Shown here in pieces: positions 38,901 through 47,233 of a DNA stretch of 62,839 nt. Position numbers and translations under genes: made by a program. This stretch comes from a virus (lineage: Duplodnaviria; Caudoviricetes), in the IMG/VR virus record IMGVR_UViG_3300011335_000322, positions 1 through 62,839 of that record; one strand, 5' to 3'. A model generated the notes under the pieces. It worked only from the letters and a program-made list of their open reading frames with translations. It was not told the DNA's origin and ran no database searches. How positions within the stretch are numbered: position 1 is the stretch's first letter; the number at the start of each line of letters is the position of its first letter.

Positions 38901-39575
38901 CATTGCAATCTTCGTACCGACTAGATTGGCTGCGGCATTGGCGGCTGCATAGGGCGCAAGCTCTAGTGCGTTAACGTCTGGTTTCTCCCCGGCTTCTATT
39001 TGGGTCTGTACCTTTTCCTGTGCTTGGCTACCCAGTGCTTGAATGGCATTGACAATCAAAGGAACCGCATACTGCCCAACGGTTGCCCCGAGGGCGGCTC
39101 CGCCGGGAATAGGAAGCAAAGCCCCCGCTGCCCCACCAGCCAACCTGCCAAGTGCAGCCGATCCTATTTCTTGCCCAACGGACGGCAGCAGTCCAGCAAT
39201 GGCAGACGGCACTTGACTGACGGCCTCACCAGCAGCGCCAAAGTACTCCCCGCTGTTGAACTTATCTGCAATTTTCTGTGGCTGAAACCCCGGCGTGTAT
39301 GCTTTTGCGGCTTCCTCTTGGCGTTGGGCCCCTTCCATTGCAGCGGCAGTTGTGTCCCCTGTGAGAGCGCCCAAACCCGTACGCCCAATATTCAGTAGGT
39401 TTCTTGCACTGGATTTAACATCGGCCAACAGCCCCGTTTCGGGTTTGGGGCCTTCCTTTTGCCGTCCAAAAGCTTCTGGGTACTTTGCATACGCCGCTTG
39501 CATGGCCGTTGCGTAGTCTTCCCCCTCATTAACGGGGAAATAAGAACCATCAGGTAGTTGAACAGCTTTAGCCAT
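29931..39575 (-). CDS. Giant internal virion / polyvalent protein (3214 aa)
   Basis: N-terminal VQLPDG plus Gly/Ala hydrophobic helices, long helical middle, LLHEGTH zincin motif, C-terminal LPD38-like region (LIPFFNSQVQG, KIPIPYEVG). Confidence 0.75.
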   Translation of the reverse strand: MAKAVQLPDGSYFPVNEGEDYATAMQAAYAKYPEAFGRQKEGPKPETGLLADVKSSARNLLNIGRTGLGALTGDTTAAAMEGAQRQEEAAKAYTPGFQPQKIADKFNSGEYFGAAGEAVSQVPSAIAGLLPSVGQEIGSAALGRLAGGAAGALLPIPGGAALGATVGQYAVPLIVNAIQALGSQAQEKVQTQIEAGEKPDVNALELAPYAAANAAANLVGTKIAMPGIFKKAIGQRVAEESGDAARAALMAEATKTAGRGTMAAIGYGTGRFAIGELPTEIFQDVIDRAAIGKPLADDEAITQYRNTALNMALASPLGGGFALKERSNARDVTAQQKIKTDAEANLAQKAQQDAAAAQLELDKQTPEYQADLKTRYETALQQWNALKGAAKNPGNTAEPAEKEAYKLAKTEFDTFNKEVMGPLAQEYAPYLKEDQAARAALAAQTPAPVILPPQIGGQADLFAAAPTAKQAAKQNAKQAAQLAPLPFDLDDTATPLARYAEINAYLQRQIEEAQTRFSEAPDANAAEQHIAQYNKFKQAQDQLVAARPQIEARNAQLPLQQRENIEPAMAPEVQTAKLQALNTALQKAQQLGDVEKGAKLIEQIKPLQAQPALFGETDLVPLSAPPSLATQIQQGQAAAQRAREKVAAELAAISSIAKKGAQPSAAAQIKTQMDAAAARTLLNALDKVKIVDKKGTLTVQHDQDWKRLEKNPTDTAYQEDRFRLKDGLETEIRRLEKLNKQDTLVRSPADVARVGMELAAKQAALVEVNKRIEIGDRGVKNAQGVFVSSGTTAPSSTEDPQGLPGNLRQAQAAFKAPAPRALAEVEETDAGSAIGVGGTEYKGNLDLSNERVADLVDRLFLTGYDTKTAGQELAGQPKATPLDIAGNAQAAEFINRAVPPATSKETSQQGAGSALRTTAPETDVQRATARELLGQFANKKTETLPILDAQDELDRFRDNTRLLTELNEDIQKAGAPTNAAKVDALLVLKNQRTFVEREISRARDKYNLLVSREQATPEAEPAAPVADELLKPLEKQRKIAAGIQKQLDVAYAERDAQLAKISETPQLADLLAKFAPAKTNKKVIDIEKAEQELKAVTGKVSEQYNKFAQAREAERTQEAPQEGQTDLFGMDDLLQEVTTQQVSAALTAVVNSQIRIEGLRKALSKTDGDAGQYLREQAVKIEDKAASVAAQLQRYITLSSAVKQKETELAQAKKDTQTARKQATPEQLAQAETGLTDAIAARDKQQELVNRLKDVVKKNTLPTAGGEFYKTAVSGAEGLQAAANLEPAQRRLNELNVVVNNATQSLDGLKRLAPEETQERKTANQTNIAKLETQLENARKDLAESELDSSVSKEQAQLREDAAWFTRTANIGSAIRKTGKQGPVQQLEGLLEKELSRNEKLKAEADALKTAQQSYYQQADVLRNAAPGQRLAEELQGGRGYRDVTGAPRKGPKHKESWGMSDIPKTAITPVNKVAQASVALSRAQVLVSTVTKEAQTASTADKLVAAHNEMAALLTSKAQLGFAERGTLNPDSFEAVAEEIRKLQALVKKWGTDALYKNAQTIRKAFASFKWQDTNLVLETKKRLETAVNNTETQIAPLDKKLQEYKASFINAVDEIGIASALNFVKPEALKVDAAHSKAVGMYAAARRDLLLFQLELSKKVQSAKKEIQQKIDALVQKQANSPDLQKLIAEKDEAFRVQKDALDQADTAKEKLAAVVAKQKADAQAAQTAKAAATAARNAPYAGVPGQTVAAAQQGLGLQGVRRVRSTASGVAKATQVNAKKLLGKATTELAQLEKTDLINKVRAQVSLAQQEVDKAARQKGDGAALKTANDNLVKITNTLDRAYKSIDAKAVRAKIKEIQKLEARLTQVYDLGTDTTTQVGPNADALGVLLTDEDVYTQEIAEGVRLPRPTKGPVVRDATPPPSEMLSGTKESRKSITKGNQPKQSGRVALEEADLSQESANALSLAFTKAQLDAATKNTPRRTELQAQYDQLTDGLSEAEIETRMETGKRLLGYGNSLELIAATERFREAVAAVTEADKRERAAKSNAAREIAQTELEDAEAESDRRERILDTVRGKLAAAELPIPSTRRSATSRLIATGKEESSQGAYSPEQEELAPSRIKAKATLDSSETERSTFGYTRSYARGVEGYSRDLSPTQIDLVANNELEGALTDIANDKGSDALNKAVARRLSLLLDDTSSTVQDTIVDSKGEEAIGMFYKKAVYLSRNGGLNQEALLHEGTHAGADRVLDMYDEDPSQLTDTQRAAIRELMAIHAMIKKDPGVTSVNAKKTLKEFVAEVLSNQRLQEQLKERSWRLSDMLRAFKSVILRAIGIDPKTVDNMLDASILAIDNIFTPSSQQVGNAATPSFAKTQSVFIGSSPDALTTFRGNFLGLAGRVQYIDAKAAREAAFAAAEKAGKLTNNELFQANYFMRMADKVSQAVGQFLSYGPISIVRDPKSGEYGYGRKAGATMVRVAELVEKSGVKDGEMMLTRIAAGQRADAVPNGWERLAGKKAAEAKVEYENAVASLQTNPTAKKYMDAALLEYKQFNGGLLDFAEQHDLLSAEEVARLKKTPFVPFYRIEDGVVKLYSDSETAIRIGDISNDKELVRMLGSEQTILPIFTSAVQNTYMLTRLSMHNKESLESSNALFKAGFVSKMGKGQGLASKDTVHYRLKGEPHFATIDSDTFGIPAELIVAGMSGIKTTIPILVRAMGYPADLVRKFVTRAPVYPFRQLVRDPINAAILSGVDGVPILNALKELGKMRMGTSTAEDALSGGLVVSSNVFSGSERDMQQFIESIATGKNWWKKTMGALDTFALQTDAATRATVYQDGLKKGLSEFRAQLNAAESQNFGRHGLSPSMHYLSTLIPFFNSQVQGLDLLYRALKGKLPFSEQLELKRKLYARGAMLTVGVMAYAAMMQDDEAYKKATPQERYSNLFMPLPGLKEPLKIPIPYEVGVLFVALPQMIIDLVFRDTKAREALKGMGGVLAQSVPGVVPAAAKPVLEAFYGSTTVGPIESEREKKIQAEYRFKDTTPEALRIAGSLTGMAGVSPIMLTHLVRGYTGGLGVALLQVFDPLLGASGTGEKASVPLNKQPLIGGLFQSAEGRGFIDAAYDHMERIQQARQTYVHMVERGQRAEAAAFAQRYANELAAAAVSGQTFKRLGDLYSMERKIRAHPTMTTAQKDNMLDKIKTEQNRIAVSFERLTDRTTRP

Positions 39576-39611
39576 GTAAGTTACACAAGTAGTTTACTTT
39601 ATAAAAAATTA

Positions 39612-41510
39612 CTAACGGGTTCGCAAAGGAGTATCAACATCAACTACGCCAGTACCGTTTCTCCGAGCCGCTTCTACATAGACTTGTGCCGTAGGATACC
39701 TTTTTCTAAATTCTTCACCCGTATAGGGGTCTTCTGAGCGTTTTGACCAGTCTAAGAACAGTGCGTCATCTTGTTTTGGTCTTGCGTTGTATAGTTCATA
39801 ACCCTTTTCTATATTACCTTTTCCCAGTGCAAGTATAAGTTGTTGTGTTGCTCCGGGCATGCCAGCAATTTTTTCTTGCATAGCAAGAGAAGCTGCATTT
39901 CTAACTCCCGCCGCTGCGTTAGACGCACTGTTTCTAGTCGTCTCTGCGTTCTGTTTCATTACTTCCGTGTTGTACTGCCTGTCTGCTAAACGCTTTGCGG
40001 TTTCGGCATTCATAAATGTGTTTAACGTGCTCTCTATTTGTGCCTTGTTTTCTCCTGTCAATTTTTCAAGCGCACTAAACATTATTGTTTTGCCTTCTAG
40101 CGCAGTTCTACGGGTTTCCCGTTGTATATCTCTTTCTTCTTTATCGTTTAGGTCGGAACGAATAAGCCTGAGTCCGTCAATGCGATCTCGGGTTTCATTT
40201 AGTTTTTCTTTAGCTTTCTCAAGTTGCGCTAAACCTTCTCGGTATGTTTTCGTTCCAGCCAATGCCCCCTTGCCAAGATTTACAAATGCATATGGAGAAT
40301 CTCCAGCCATTGCAGCAAAACCAGCTTCCATTAAAGCTAGATACGGGCTTCTTTCTGCCGACTCTGCAATGCTGGCTTCCTGTTTGTTTGCACGCTCTTC
40401 TTGTTTAGCGTAGGGGTCGCCCTGCTTTGCCATTCTCTCTTTAAAACCTGTAAGTTCTGCTTCAGCGTTTTTATTTTTTTCATCCACAAGTGCTTGGCGT
40501 TCTGCTTTCAAAGAGTCAACAACAGGGTCTTGCAAAAAGGCAATGTCTTTTCTGGCGTTAACTATATCTTGTACTGTCGCATCTTTTGTAACTAACGACT
40601 GTAGCCCAGCAGCAGCAGCATTGGCAGCAGGGGGAGCACCAGCAGTGGGACGCGCAGCAGAGGGAGCCGCAGGAGGACGGGGAGCAGCGTCCGCAGGAGG
40701 AGCCGCACCGGGAGCCGCGCCTGCTGAACCTTGAATACGTGGGTCGTTTGCCATCCCCCCGCGCCTTGTATCATCCGTTGGCATTGTTGCCACGGATGGC
40801 AGGGCGTACTGATCTCGGCGTGTTGCCTTAGCGGGGTCGTACAACGCATTGTCGTACGCCTGCACTGCCTCGGCATACGAACCAAATTTACGCCCTGCCA
40901 AAGACGCCAATGGGTTCGGAATCATTCGGTAGTACGGAACGCTGGGGTCACGAACAGTTTCAGGTACGTCCAAAAAGTAGTCTTTACCTCCAGTGTGGCT
41001 CCGCACCAAAGACTCCGCTGCACCGCTAAAGCCAACTATCCCACCATCAGCCATGTTAGACAGGCTGCGTTCGGGCAGCGCACCTATGCCCATATCTTCG
41101 GGCAGACGGGAGTCCATGTAGCCACCATCTGCTGCCATCTGTGGTTGGCCTTGTGGCGGTGGCATACCTTGGGGCGGTGGGCCTTGCTGTGGCATACCTT
41201 GTGGCGGTGGCATACCTTGCTGCGGCCCTTGTGGCATACCTTGGGGTGGCCCTTGGGGTGGCCCTTGGGGTGGCATGCCTTGGGGAATATCTGGCTGCGT
41301 CATAGCCCGAATTGCCTGCGGCACTACCGGGTTTTTTATTTCAGACACGCCTTGTCTGCTTAATTTCTTTTTTTTATCTTCGTTGTTTACATACAATGCC
41401 GTTAATACCGCAATGGGATCGTCCATGTTGTCTGCGGCATATTTTTGCCGGTCTTCTACCTCCATCCCGGACAGCATCTTTTCTAAACTGTCAAATCGAC
41501 TACTTAACAT
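39612..41510 (-). CDS. Putative internal virion/ejection protein
   Basis: 632 aa; PQG repeats, MADGG motifs, coiled coil. Confidence 0.55.
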   Translation of the reverse strand: MLSSRFDSLEKMLSGMEVEDRQKYAADNMDDPIAVLTALYVNNEDKKKKLSRQGVSEIKNPVVPQAIRAMTQPDIPQGMPPQGPPQGPPQGMPQGPQQGMPPPQGMPQQGPPPQGMPPPQGQPQMAADGGYMDSRLPEDMGIGALPERSLSNMADGGIVGFSGAAESLVRSHTGGKDYFLDVPETVRDPSVPYYRMIPNPLASLAGRKFGSYAEAVQAYDNALYDPAKATRRDQYALPSVATMPTDDTRRGGMANDPRIQGSAGAAPGAAPPADAAPRPPAAPSAARPTAGAPPAANAAAAGLQSLVTKDATVQDIVNARKDIAFLQDPVVDSLKAERQALVDEKNKNAEAELTGFKERMAKQGDPYAKQEERANKQEASIAESAERSPYLALMEAGFAAMAGDSPYAFVNLGKGALAGTKTYREGLAQLEKAKEKLNETRDRIDGLRLIRSDLNDKEERDIQRETRRTALEGKTIMFSALEKLTGENKAQIESTLNTFMNAETAKRLADRQYNTEVMKQNAETTRNSASNAAAGVRNAASLAMQEKIAGMPGATQQLILALGKGNIEKGYELYNARPKQDDALFLDWSKRSEDPYTGEEFRKRYPTAQVYVEAARRNGTGVVDVDTPLRTR

Positions 41511-41519
41511 TTTGATTCC

Positions 41520-44309
41520 TTATGCCATGCTGTGGATAGCCAGCGCAACAAGACCTTGTGGGCGTGATCGTACCAGACCCCCTTTGGCATAACGTCCAAC
41601 CATGCCACCATTTGCGGCTGATTTAAACCCACCTGAAGCACCAAATGCTCCTAACGCAGATGCCCCCAAGCCGCCTATCTGGCTGAGTGTGCTAGGAGCA
41701 GCTTGGTACATGGTGCTGCCCAGATTGGCTGTTGGCGCTGCACTGGCTTGGTTCATCATAAAACCAAGGTTTTTGTACGGCATGTTTTGCTCGTTCAAGA
41801 AGTCTTGGTATTGTGTGTTTAAACGCTGTTGCTCTGCACCCTGTTGTTGATTGCCATAAGCAGACAACATTTGGTTTGTTTGCACACCTTGGTTGAAGCC
41901 CTGCCCTGCAATATTAGACAACCCGGTAGCGCCTTGCATGGCTGCTTGCTGTGCTTGTAGGTCGTAGTTAGCGCCGAACTGACCGGACTGTTCGTTCAGT
42001 TGGTTGGCTGCTTGTCCGTACTGTGCAGCCGTTCCTGCCGAAGTCAGCCCCTGCCCAGCGCCAAACTCACTGGCTCTGTTTCCTGCCGCTTGATTGGCAA
42101 GTGCTGTTTGCTGTTGGTTGGTGGCGTTGTACTGCGCCCGTTCGTTTTGGGCTTGTGCGCCATACATCCCGGCGGCTTGCCTGTTAGCCGCTGTTTGCAT
42201 AGCGGCTTGCTGATCCATAGTGCCCTGCTGCATCCCGTACTGTCCTGCCAAGGCTTGGTTTGCCATACCCGTCTGCTGGGCATAACCAGTGTTTGCCATC
42301 TCCGTTTGCTGTCTGTTGGCAAGGTTAGTGAGCCCGTACTGGCTGCCAACGGCTTGATTTTGCCTTTCTGCTTCTTGCCGGTTTGCTAAGTTTGCCAGCC
42401 CGGTTTGTTGCTGATAGCCCGCATTTGCCATGTTGGTCTGTTGCTGATTGCCGGTGTCAGACAGGCCGTACTGCCCCGCCATTGCCTGATTCTGCCGTTG
42501 CGCTTCTTGCGCTTGTGCAGAGGTCTGCATATTGGCCGCTTGATTAAATTGCCCCTGCTGCAACCCGTACTGCCCGCGTTGTCCTTGGTTGGCTAACTCC
42601 GTCTGCTGCCGCAACTGCGCGTTCTGTGCGTTGGTGTTGTACTCCATGCCTTGGTTGGCTTGTTGGGCGGCAAGCCCCGTCTGCTGATTGGCAAGCTGCC
42701 CCTGCATGTTGTACTGCTGATTGGACTGCTGCGCTTGTAGCCCTGTCTGAGCACCAAGACCTTGCGTCTGGAGCCCCGCACTCAGGTTTTGCACGTTGGC
42801 TTGCTGCTGCACGCCTTGATTAGCCAGCGCGGCCTGCATAGCTTGACCTGCGGTTAACCCCTGCGCTTGCAGCCTGTTTGCTTCGTTTTGAACAGCCGTT
42901 TGTTGTTCGTTGTTTAAATTAGCCAATCTGGTTTGTAAGCCAATTTGTCCTTCACCCAGTTGTTGAACTCCTAAATTAGCAGCCAGATTTTGTTGACCTA
43001 CGGTCAACCCAGCTTGTTGATTGGCGGTTTGGGCCTGTAGACCTTGGCCTTGTTCCGTATTGAACTGCTGCTGTGCTTGTTTATACGCTTCCTGCAAGCC
43101 TTGTGCTTGGATGTCACCCTGTTGAGTGGCGAGGTTACGGGCCGCTTCAGCGTCCATGATGGCTGCTCTGGAGCCACCAAAAGCCCCTGCCCGAGTCTGT
43201 TCACCCCTACGTCCAGTTGCAGCCACATCTGCGGCTCGTTGCGCTTCCCGTTGCTGAATACCAACCACACTCTGCATGTAGGGCGACATGTACGCATCTG
43301 CTGAACCGGGTTGAGCAAAACTTTTTGTTTCTACTCGTTCTGCTGGCCCCATCTGGTAGTTTTTAAGACTTGCTATACCAGAATCTCTGGCAGCTTTTAT
43401 ATCTCTGGATTCAACTGTGGAACCGGCAATGTCTTTTGCCGCATCCATCCGCAAGTCTTTTAAGTTAGGTGCGCTTATGCGTTCTGCCCCCACTCGCTCT
43501 GCGCTCACATCTCTCGGCCCTGCAAACTGTTGTTGCTTGGCTTCCGGTGCAGCGCCTAATGTGGCGGCATTGGCTGCTTGCGCTTTCATCTCAGGGGTGG
43601 CTTTGTTAAGAGCCGCTATTCCAGTTGCTGCTGTTCCAGTTTGAGCAGACATTTTTGGGGCCATCTGATCTTGCTGCGCCTGCCCAATTGCCGCTATGCC
43701 TGTTGGGGCTTTGCCCATTGTGGCGGCTGTAGCTGTTTCGCCTGTAGGCAGAGTAGCAAGCCCCGCTTGCTGCGCTGTTGCATTTTGGGCTGTGTAACCA
43801 AGATTGGCGGGGGCGGTGTACTGATTGCCAAATGCACTTGGATCATATGTAGACCCCGCAGCAGTATCTGCCGCAGTTTTCATAATGTCTTGAGCACTCT
43901 GGTTAGCTACTTGAGCTTCGCCGCCCACCATGTCCCTAGCGCCCTGCATGGCTTGTTTTTGCAGGTCTGAAAACTCAGCTTGCCTTTCGTACCCTTTAAA
44001 CTCTGTTACAGGCTGTCCGTCTGCGCCAATAACAGGCTTTCCATTTGCATCTAGAACCGGAACTTGACCACCATACTTTTCTGGTGATTTAAAGCTCTCA
44101 ATCTCGGGCATCCCATTTGCGCCGATAAGTGGTTTTGTTAAAGGTTTGCCATCTGGGCCAATAACCGGTTTTCCATTTGCGTCTAAAACAGGAGTCTGTT
44201 TGTAGTTGTAAGTCAGCGCCCGTGCCTGACCTATATTCTCCTTTAGGTACGGAGCAATTTCTGGGTTATACCCAATTTGATTTACAACGGTTTGTGTTGC
44301 GTCTGCCAT
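41520..44309 (-). CDS. Putative DNA-ejection/pilot protein with Gln/Ala/Asn repeats
   Basis: YMSPYMQSVV, AGAFGGSR, many ANQ repeats, C-terminal Gly-rich hydrophobic helix. Confidence 0.6.
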   Translation of the reverse strand: MADATQTVVNQIGYNPEIAPYLKENIGQARALTYNYKQTPVLDANGKPVIGPDGKPLTKPLIGANGMPEIESFKSPEKYGGQVPVLDANGKPVIGADGQPVTEFKGYERQAEFSDLQKQAMQGARDMVGGEAQVANQSAQDIMKTAADTAAGSTYDPSAFGNQYTAPANLGYTAQNATAQQAGLATLPTGETATAATMGKAPTGIAAIGQAQQDQMAPKMSAQTGTAATGIAALNKATPEMKAQAANAATLGAAPEAKQQQFAGPRDVSAERVGAERISAPNLKDLRMDAAKDIAGSTVESRDIKAARDSGIASLKNYQMGPAERVETKSFAQPGSADAYMSPYMQSVVGIQQREAQRAADVAATGRRGEQTRAGAFGGSRAAIMDAEAARNLATQQGDIQAQGLQEAYKQAQQQFNTEQGQGLQAQTANQQAGLTVGQQNLAANLGVQQLGEGQIGLQTRLANLNNEQQTAVQNEANRLQAQGLTAGQAMQAALANQGVQQQANVQNLSAGLQTQGLGAQTGLQAQQSNQQYNMQGQLANQQTGLAAQQANQGMEYNTNAQNAQLRQQTELANQGQRGQYGLQQGQFNQAANMQTSAQAQEAQRQNQAMAGQYGLSDTGNQQQTNMANAGYQQQTGLANLANRQEAERQNQAVGSQYGLTNLANRQQTEMANTGYAQQTGMANQALAGQYGMQQGTMDQQAAMQTAANRQAAGMYGAQAQNERAQYNATNQQQTALANQAAGNRASEFGAGQGLTSAGTAAQYGQAANQLNEQSGQFGANYDLQAQQAAMQGATGLSNIAGQGFNQGVQTNQMLSAYGNQQQGAEQQRLNTQYQDFLNEQNMPYKNLGFMMNQASAAPTANLGSTMYQAAPSTLSQIGGLGASALGAFGASGGFKSAANGGMVGRYAKGGLVRSRPQGLVALAIHSMA

Positions 44310-44318
44310 GATTCGTCC

Positions 44319-46916
44319 TTATGCGGGAAGGTATTTGTGTGATTTGCTGTTTACAGCCACACTGTTTTTGCCAGTAGTCTTACGGCGGTTGGCTTGTATA
44401 CGATCCATCATTTTATATAGCGCCCGTGCACCTGCTTCGGTGGAGCCGTTGCCCAGTTCTGACACGATACGGGCAGGCACAACAAACTCACCATCGGCAA
44501 GCCTCGCAGGTTGACGACCACCCACAGTGGCTGGGATTGAATCTGACACGCCATCACCCGGCCCACGCAGGAGCCTGCCACCGTCTGAGTAACCACCAAG
44601 GGAGCCTAGACCGCCTTGGGCGTAGCCTGCCATGCCGCCATAAGCAAATTGACTGCCATTACCCTCTACACCACCCCCCGAACCCTCTCCACCGCCCAAA
44701 TCGGAACCCCCTATGTCTGAACCGCCCCAACCAGCAGTAGTCCCCGTACCAAGACTTGGCGCGCGTCCCGGATTATCATTGGGGTTGTCTGATAACTCCG
44801 ATACAAGTGCTGCTATGTCTGCCGCCATTGCTTTTTGGCTTACGCCTCTAGCATTTTCTACACTTTGGGCTTCTCTGTTTGCTTGACTTTGCATTGCCGC
44901 ATCTTGCTCTGCCTGCGCGTTTACTTGGTTCCTTTCCGCTTGCGCCATTACACTATGAGCTGCGTTGGCGGCCTTCTCGCTTGCTGCGTTGTTACCCACC
45001 ATAACTGCTGCATCCGCTTCATCTTGTCTTGCATCAAAATCAGGGTTGGCACTTAATGACGCAATTTCAGAAGGGCTGTTTGCTTTTCCCCCAGTTGCTG
45101 TTGGGCCTGTATTTGGATTTCTGCCACCAAGTTCACCGGGGGATAGCCCCGTTTCAGGATCTTTGCTCAATCCAGCGATGGTTTGCCCTGTGAAGCCATT
45201 TTGAGCTTGCTGAGATAAATAACCCCCCAAAGTAGTCAGCCCTGTGTTTGACAAGGTGCGGCCTATCGTTGCCAGTGTGCCGTAGTCTGGTGTTGTATTA
45301 GGTGGGTTCTCTCCACCACCGGGGCCACCACTATCACCCATCAATGTTTGAACACCGGGATTTGTTTTCTCTTCAGCTTCTTTGATGACGTACCAATGTT
45401 TCTTTACGGGGTCATAGCGATATGTTTTCCCATCTGCTGCGAGAAAATCTGGCTTGGGCACATCTGGCATTGGGGTTACAGGTCGCACGACATCTGTTTT
45501 CTTCCTGCCATATCCTGAGTAGTCATAGTCGGGGTCAATATACCCGCCGGGAGCTAGCGCCATTAGTCCGCCTCTTGCAGCGGAGTCTCGTCCGCCTTCT
45601 AGCCTTGGAACAATCACAGGGTTCTCAACCACTTGTCTAGGAACCATTCCAGTTTCGTCAATTCGACGTTGCGTAGGTTGGGTGGGTTCCATAGGTTGTT
45701 GCGGCCTAGGCGGTTCAATAGGCTGTTGCGCTACAGGCCGAGTAGGCTCCATAGGTTGTTGTGTTATAGGCTGAATTGGTTGCTGTGGTGCAGGCTGAAT
45801 TGGTTGCTGTACTACGGGTTTTTCTACAAATGTGCTGCTTCGTTGAGCACTACTTGCTGGGTTTGTATAACCAGAGGGGTTTACATTTGATTTACCGGGG
45901 GGTAAACTGTTTTTACCAAGTCCAGAAGGATAGGAAAACTCGTCACGATTTACAGGTGTAAATCTTTTAGAACCTCTGTTTCCAAGATTTACTAAGTCTG
46001 CGGGGGTTCTAATTATTGGCGTACCTGTAGAGACTCTTCCGGTGCGACCACCAGCACCAAAATGCTCTATGCCATCATCTGAAACAAACCCACCTTCAGC
46101 AGCGTAGTTACCTATGTAAGTAGGCCCAAAATAACCCCGTTGACCAGAACTACCTGTGTCTCTCTGGTATGGAAGTTGTTCTCTGCGAATGTTTATATTG
46201 GCAGGACGGGGGTCAAACTTTATCTGATCAAAAGTTGGGACTGATGTTTGGTCTTGGCTTGATAGGGCTGACAGCAACGGAGCGCCAAGCATTGCAGCAC
46301 CTTTGAATGTACTTCCCCCACCAATTGCGTTAAAAGCATCTCCGGGATTGCTCAAGGCTTTTGAAAACCCGGCTTTAAGTTTGTCAGAATAAGTAGCGCC
46401 TGCCATTCTGTCCCCAACGCCTTTTTGTACTGCTGTTGCGTATGGATTTGACATAACTCCAGTAGTGTCTGTCATTATTGATTGATTAGTCAATCCTGCG
46501 TTTGCCGCATCTGCTGTTGCAGCACCAATTGCTTTTTCTCCTATATCGGCAGCGCCAAACCCTTCCAAACCTTCCATAATTCCTGACCCACCATAAGCAC
46601 CCAGACCCGCCATGAGTCCTTTGCCTAGGTCTTTGCTGGTCAAAGCTGTTAGACCGCCGACACCTAAAGCTGCCATAAATGGGGTGATGGCTCCTCCTGA
46701 AAAGAATGTGGCTGCACCGCCAAGGAGAGTTGGCAGCAGACTGTCTAAGAACCCTGCTTCAGGCAATCCTGTTTCTGGGTTAATGGTCAGTGTGCCGCCA
46801 TGTGCCATAGCCAGACTTTGCAGTCCTGACACCTCACGGGGCGACATGTGGACAAGGGTCGAGTCTGGGCCTCTGCCTTGAGCAGACATGTGGTTGGCTA
46901 GTTGATGAAGGCTCAT
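44319..46916 (-). CDS. Putative internal virion protein
   Basis: GRGPDSTLVHM, TINPETGLPEA, GPGDGVSDSIPA...LADGEFVVPA, many xxGG motifs. Confidence 0.6.
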   Translation of the reverse strand: MSLHQLANHMSAQGRGPDSTLVHMSPREVSGLQSLAMAHGGTLTINPETGLPEAGFLDSLLPTLLGGAATFFSGGAITPFMAALGVGGLTALTSKDLGKGLMAGLGAYGGSGIMEGLEGFGAADIGEKAIGAATADAANAGLTNQSIMTDTTGVMSNPYATAVQKGVGDRMAGATYSDKLKAGFSKALSNPGDAFNAIGGGSTFKGAAMLGAPLLSALSSQDQTSVPTFDQIKFDPRPANINIRREQLPYQRDTGSSGQRGYFGPTYIGNYAAEGGFVSDDGIEHFGAGGRTGRVSTGTPIIRTPADLVNLGNRGSKRFTPVNRDEFSYPSGLGKNSLPPGKSNVNPSGYTNPASSAQRSSTFVEKPVVQQPIQPAPQQPIQPITQQPMEPTRPVAQQPIEPPRPQQPMEPTQPTQRRIDETGMVPRQVVENPVIVPRLEGGRDSAARGGLMALAPGGYIDPDYDYSGYGRKKTDVVRPVTPMPDVPKPDFLAADGKTYRYDPVKKHWYVIKEAEEKTNPGVQTLMGDSGGPGGGENPPNTTPDYGTLATIGRTLSNTGLTTLGGYLSQQAQNGFTGQTIAGLSKDPETGLSPGELGGRNPNTGPTATGGKANSPSEIASLSANPDFDARQDEADAAVMVGNNAASEKAANAAHSVMAQAERNQVNAQAEQDAAMQSQANREAQSVENARGVSQKAMAADIAALVSELSDNPNDNPGRAPSLGTGTTAGWGGSDIGGSDLGGGEGSGGGVEGNGSQFAYGGMAGYAQGGLGSLGGYSDGGRLLRGPGDGVSDSIPATVGGRQPARLADGEFVVPARIVSELGNGSTEAGARALYKMMDRIQANRRKTTGKNSVAVNSKSHKYLPA

Positions 46917-47233
46917 AGTGCAGTCTTTATTTTAAGCGTTTGGTTGTTGCTCATCACACCGTTCTGGGTGTCTCTGTAAACGTCCCCGATCCGCAAATTG
47001 GCAAAGTCAGCGTCTGTGGGCAAGCTGGGGGATGTGCCAGACGTAGGGAAAAAACTCAAGCCCGATACTACATCGGTTCCGTTGGTTTGGGTAGACCCTG
47101 CCATTGGCCCTGCGTTGTCCAGTTGGTTGAAGTACAGGCGCAGCAAGCTCAACAGTTGGTTCATGTAAACAGGGTCGTACTCCTGTGGGGGGCTAGGTAG
47201 CCGGGGGGCTACTACGTTCTTTTGTGCCATCAA
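46913..47233 (-). CDS. Small virion-module protein
   Basis: 106 aa, coupled on both sides. Confidence 0.65.
   Translation of the reverse strand: MMAQKNVVAPRLPSPPQEYDPVYMNQLLSLLRLYFNQLDNAGPMAGSTQTNGTDVVSGLSFFPTSGTSPSLPTDADFANLRIGDVYRDTQNGVMSNNQTLKIKTAL

Noticed and set aside
29931-39575. N4-like virion RNA polymerase
   Set aside because: The size is similar, but I could not find convincing single-subunit RNAP catalytic motifs; zincin and LPD38-like features fit a polyvalent protein better.
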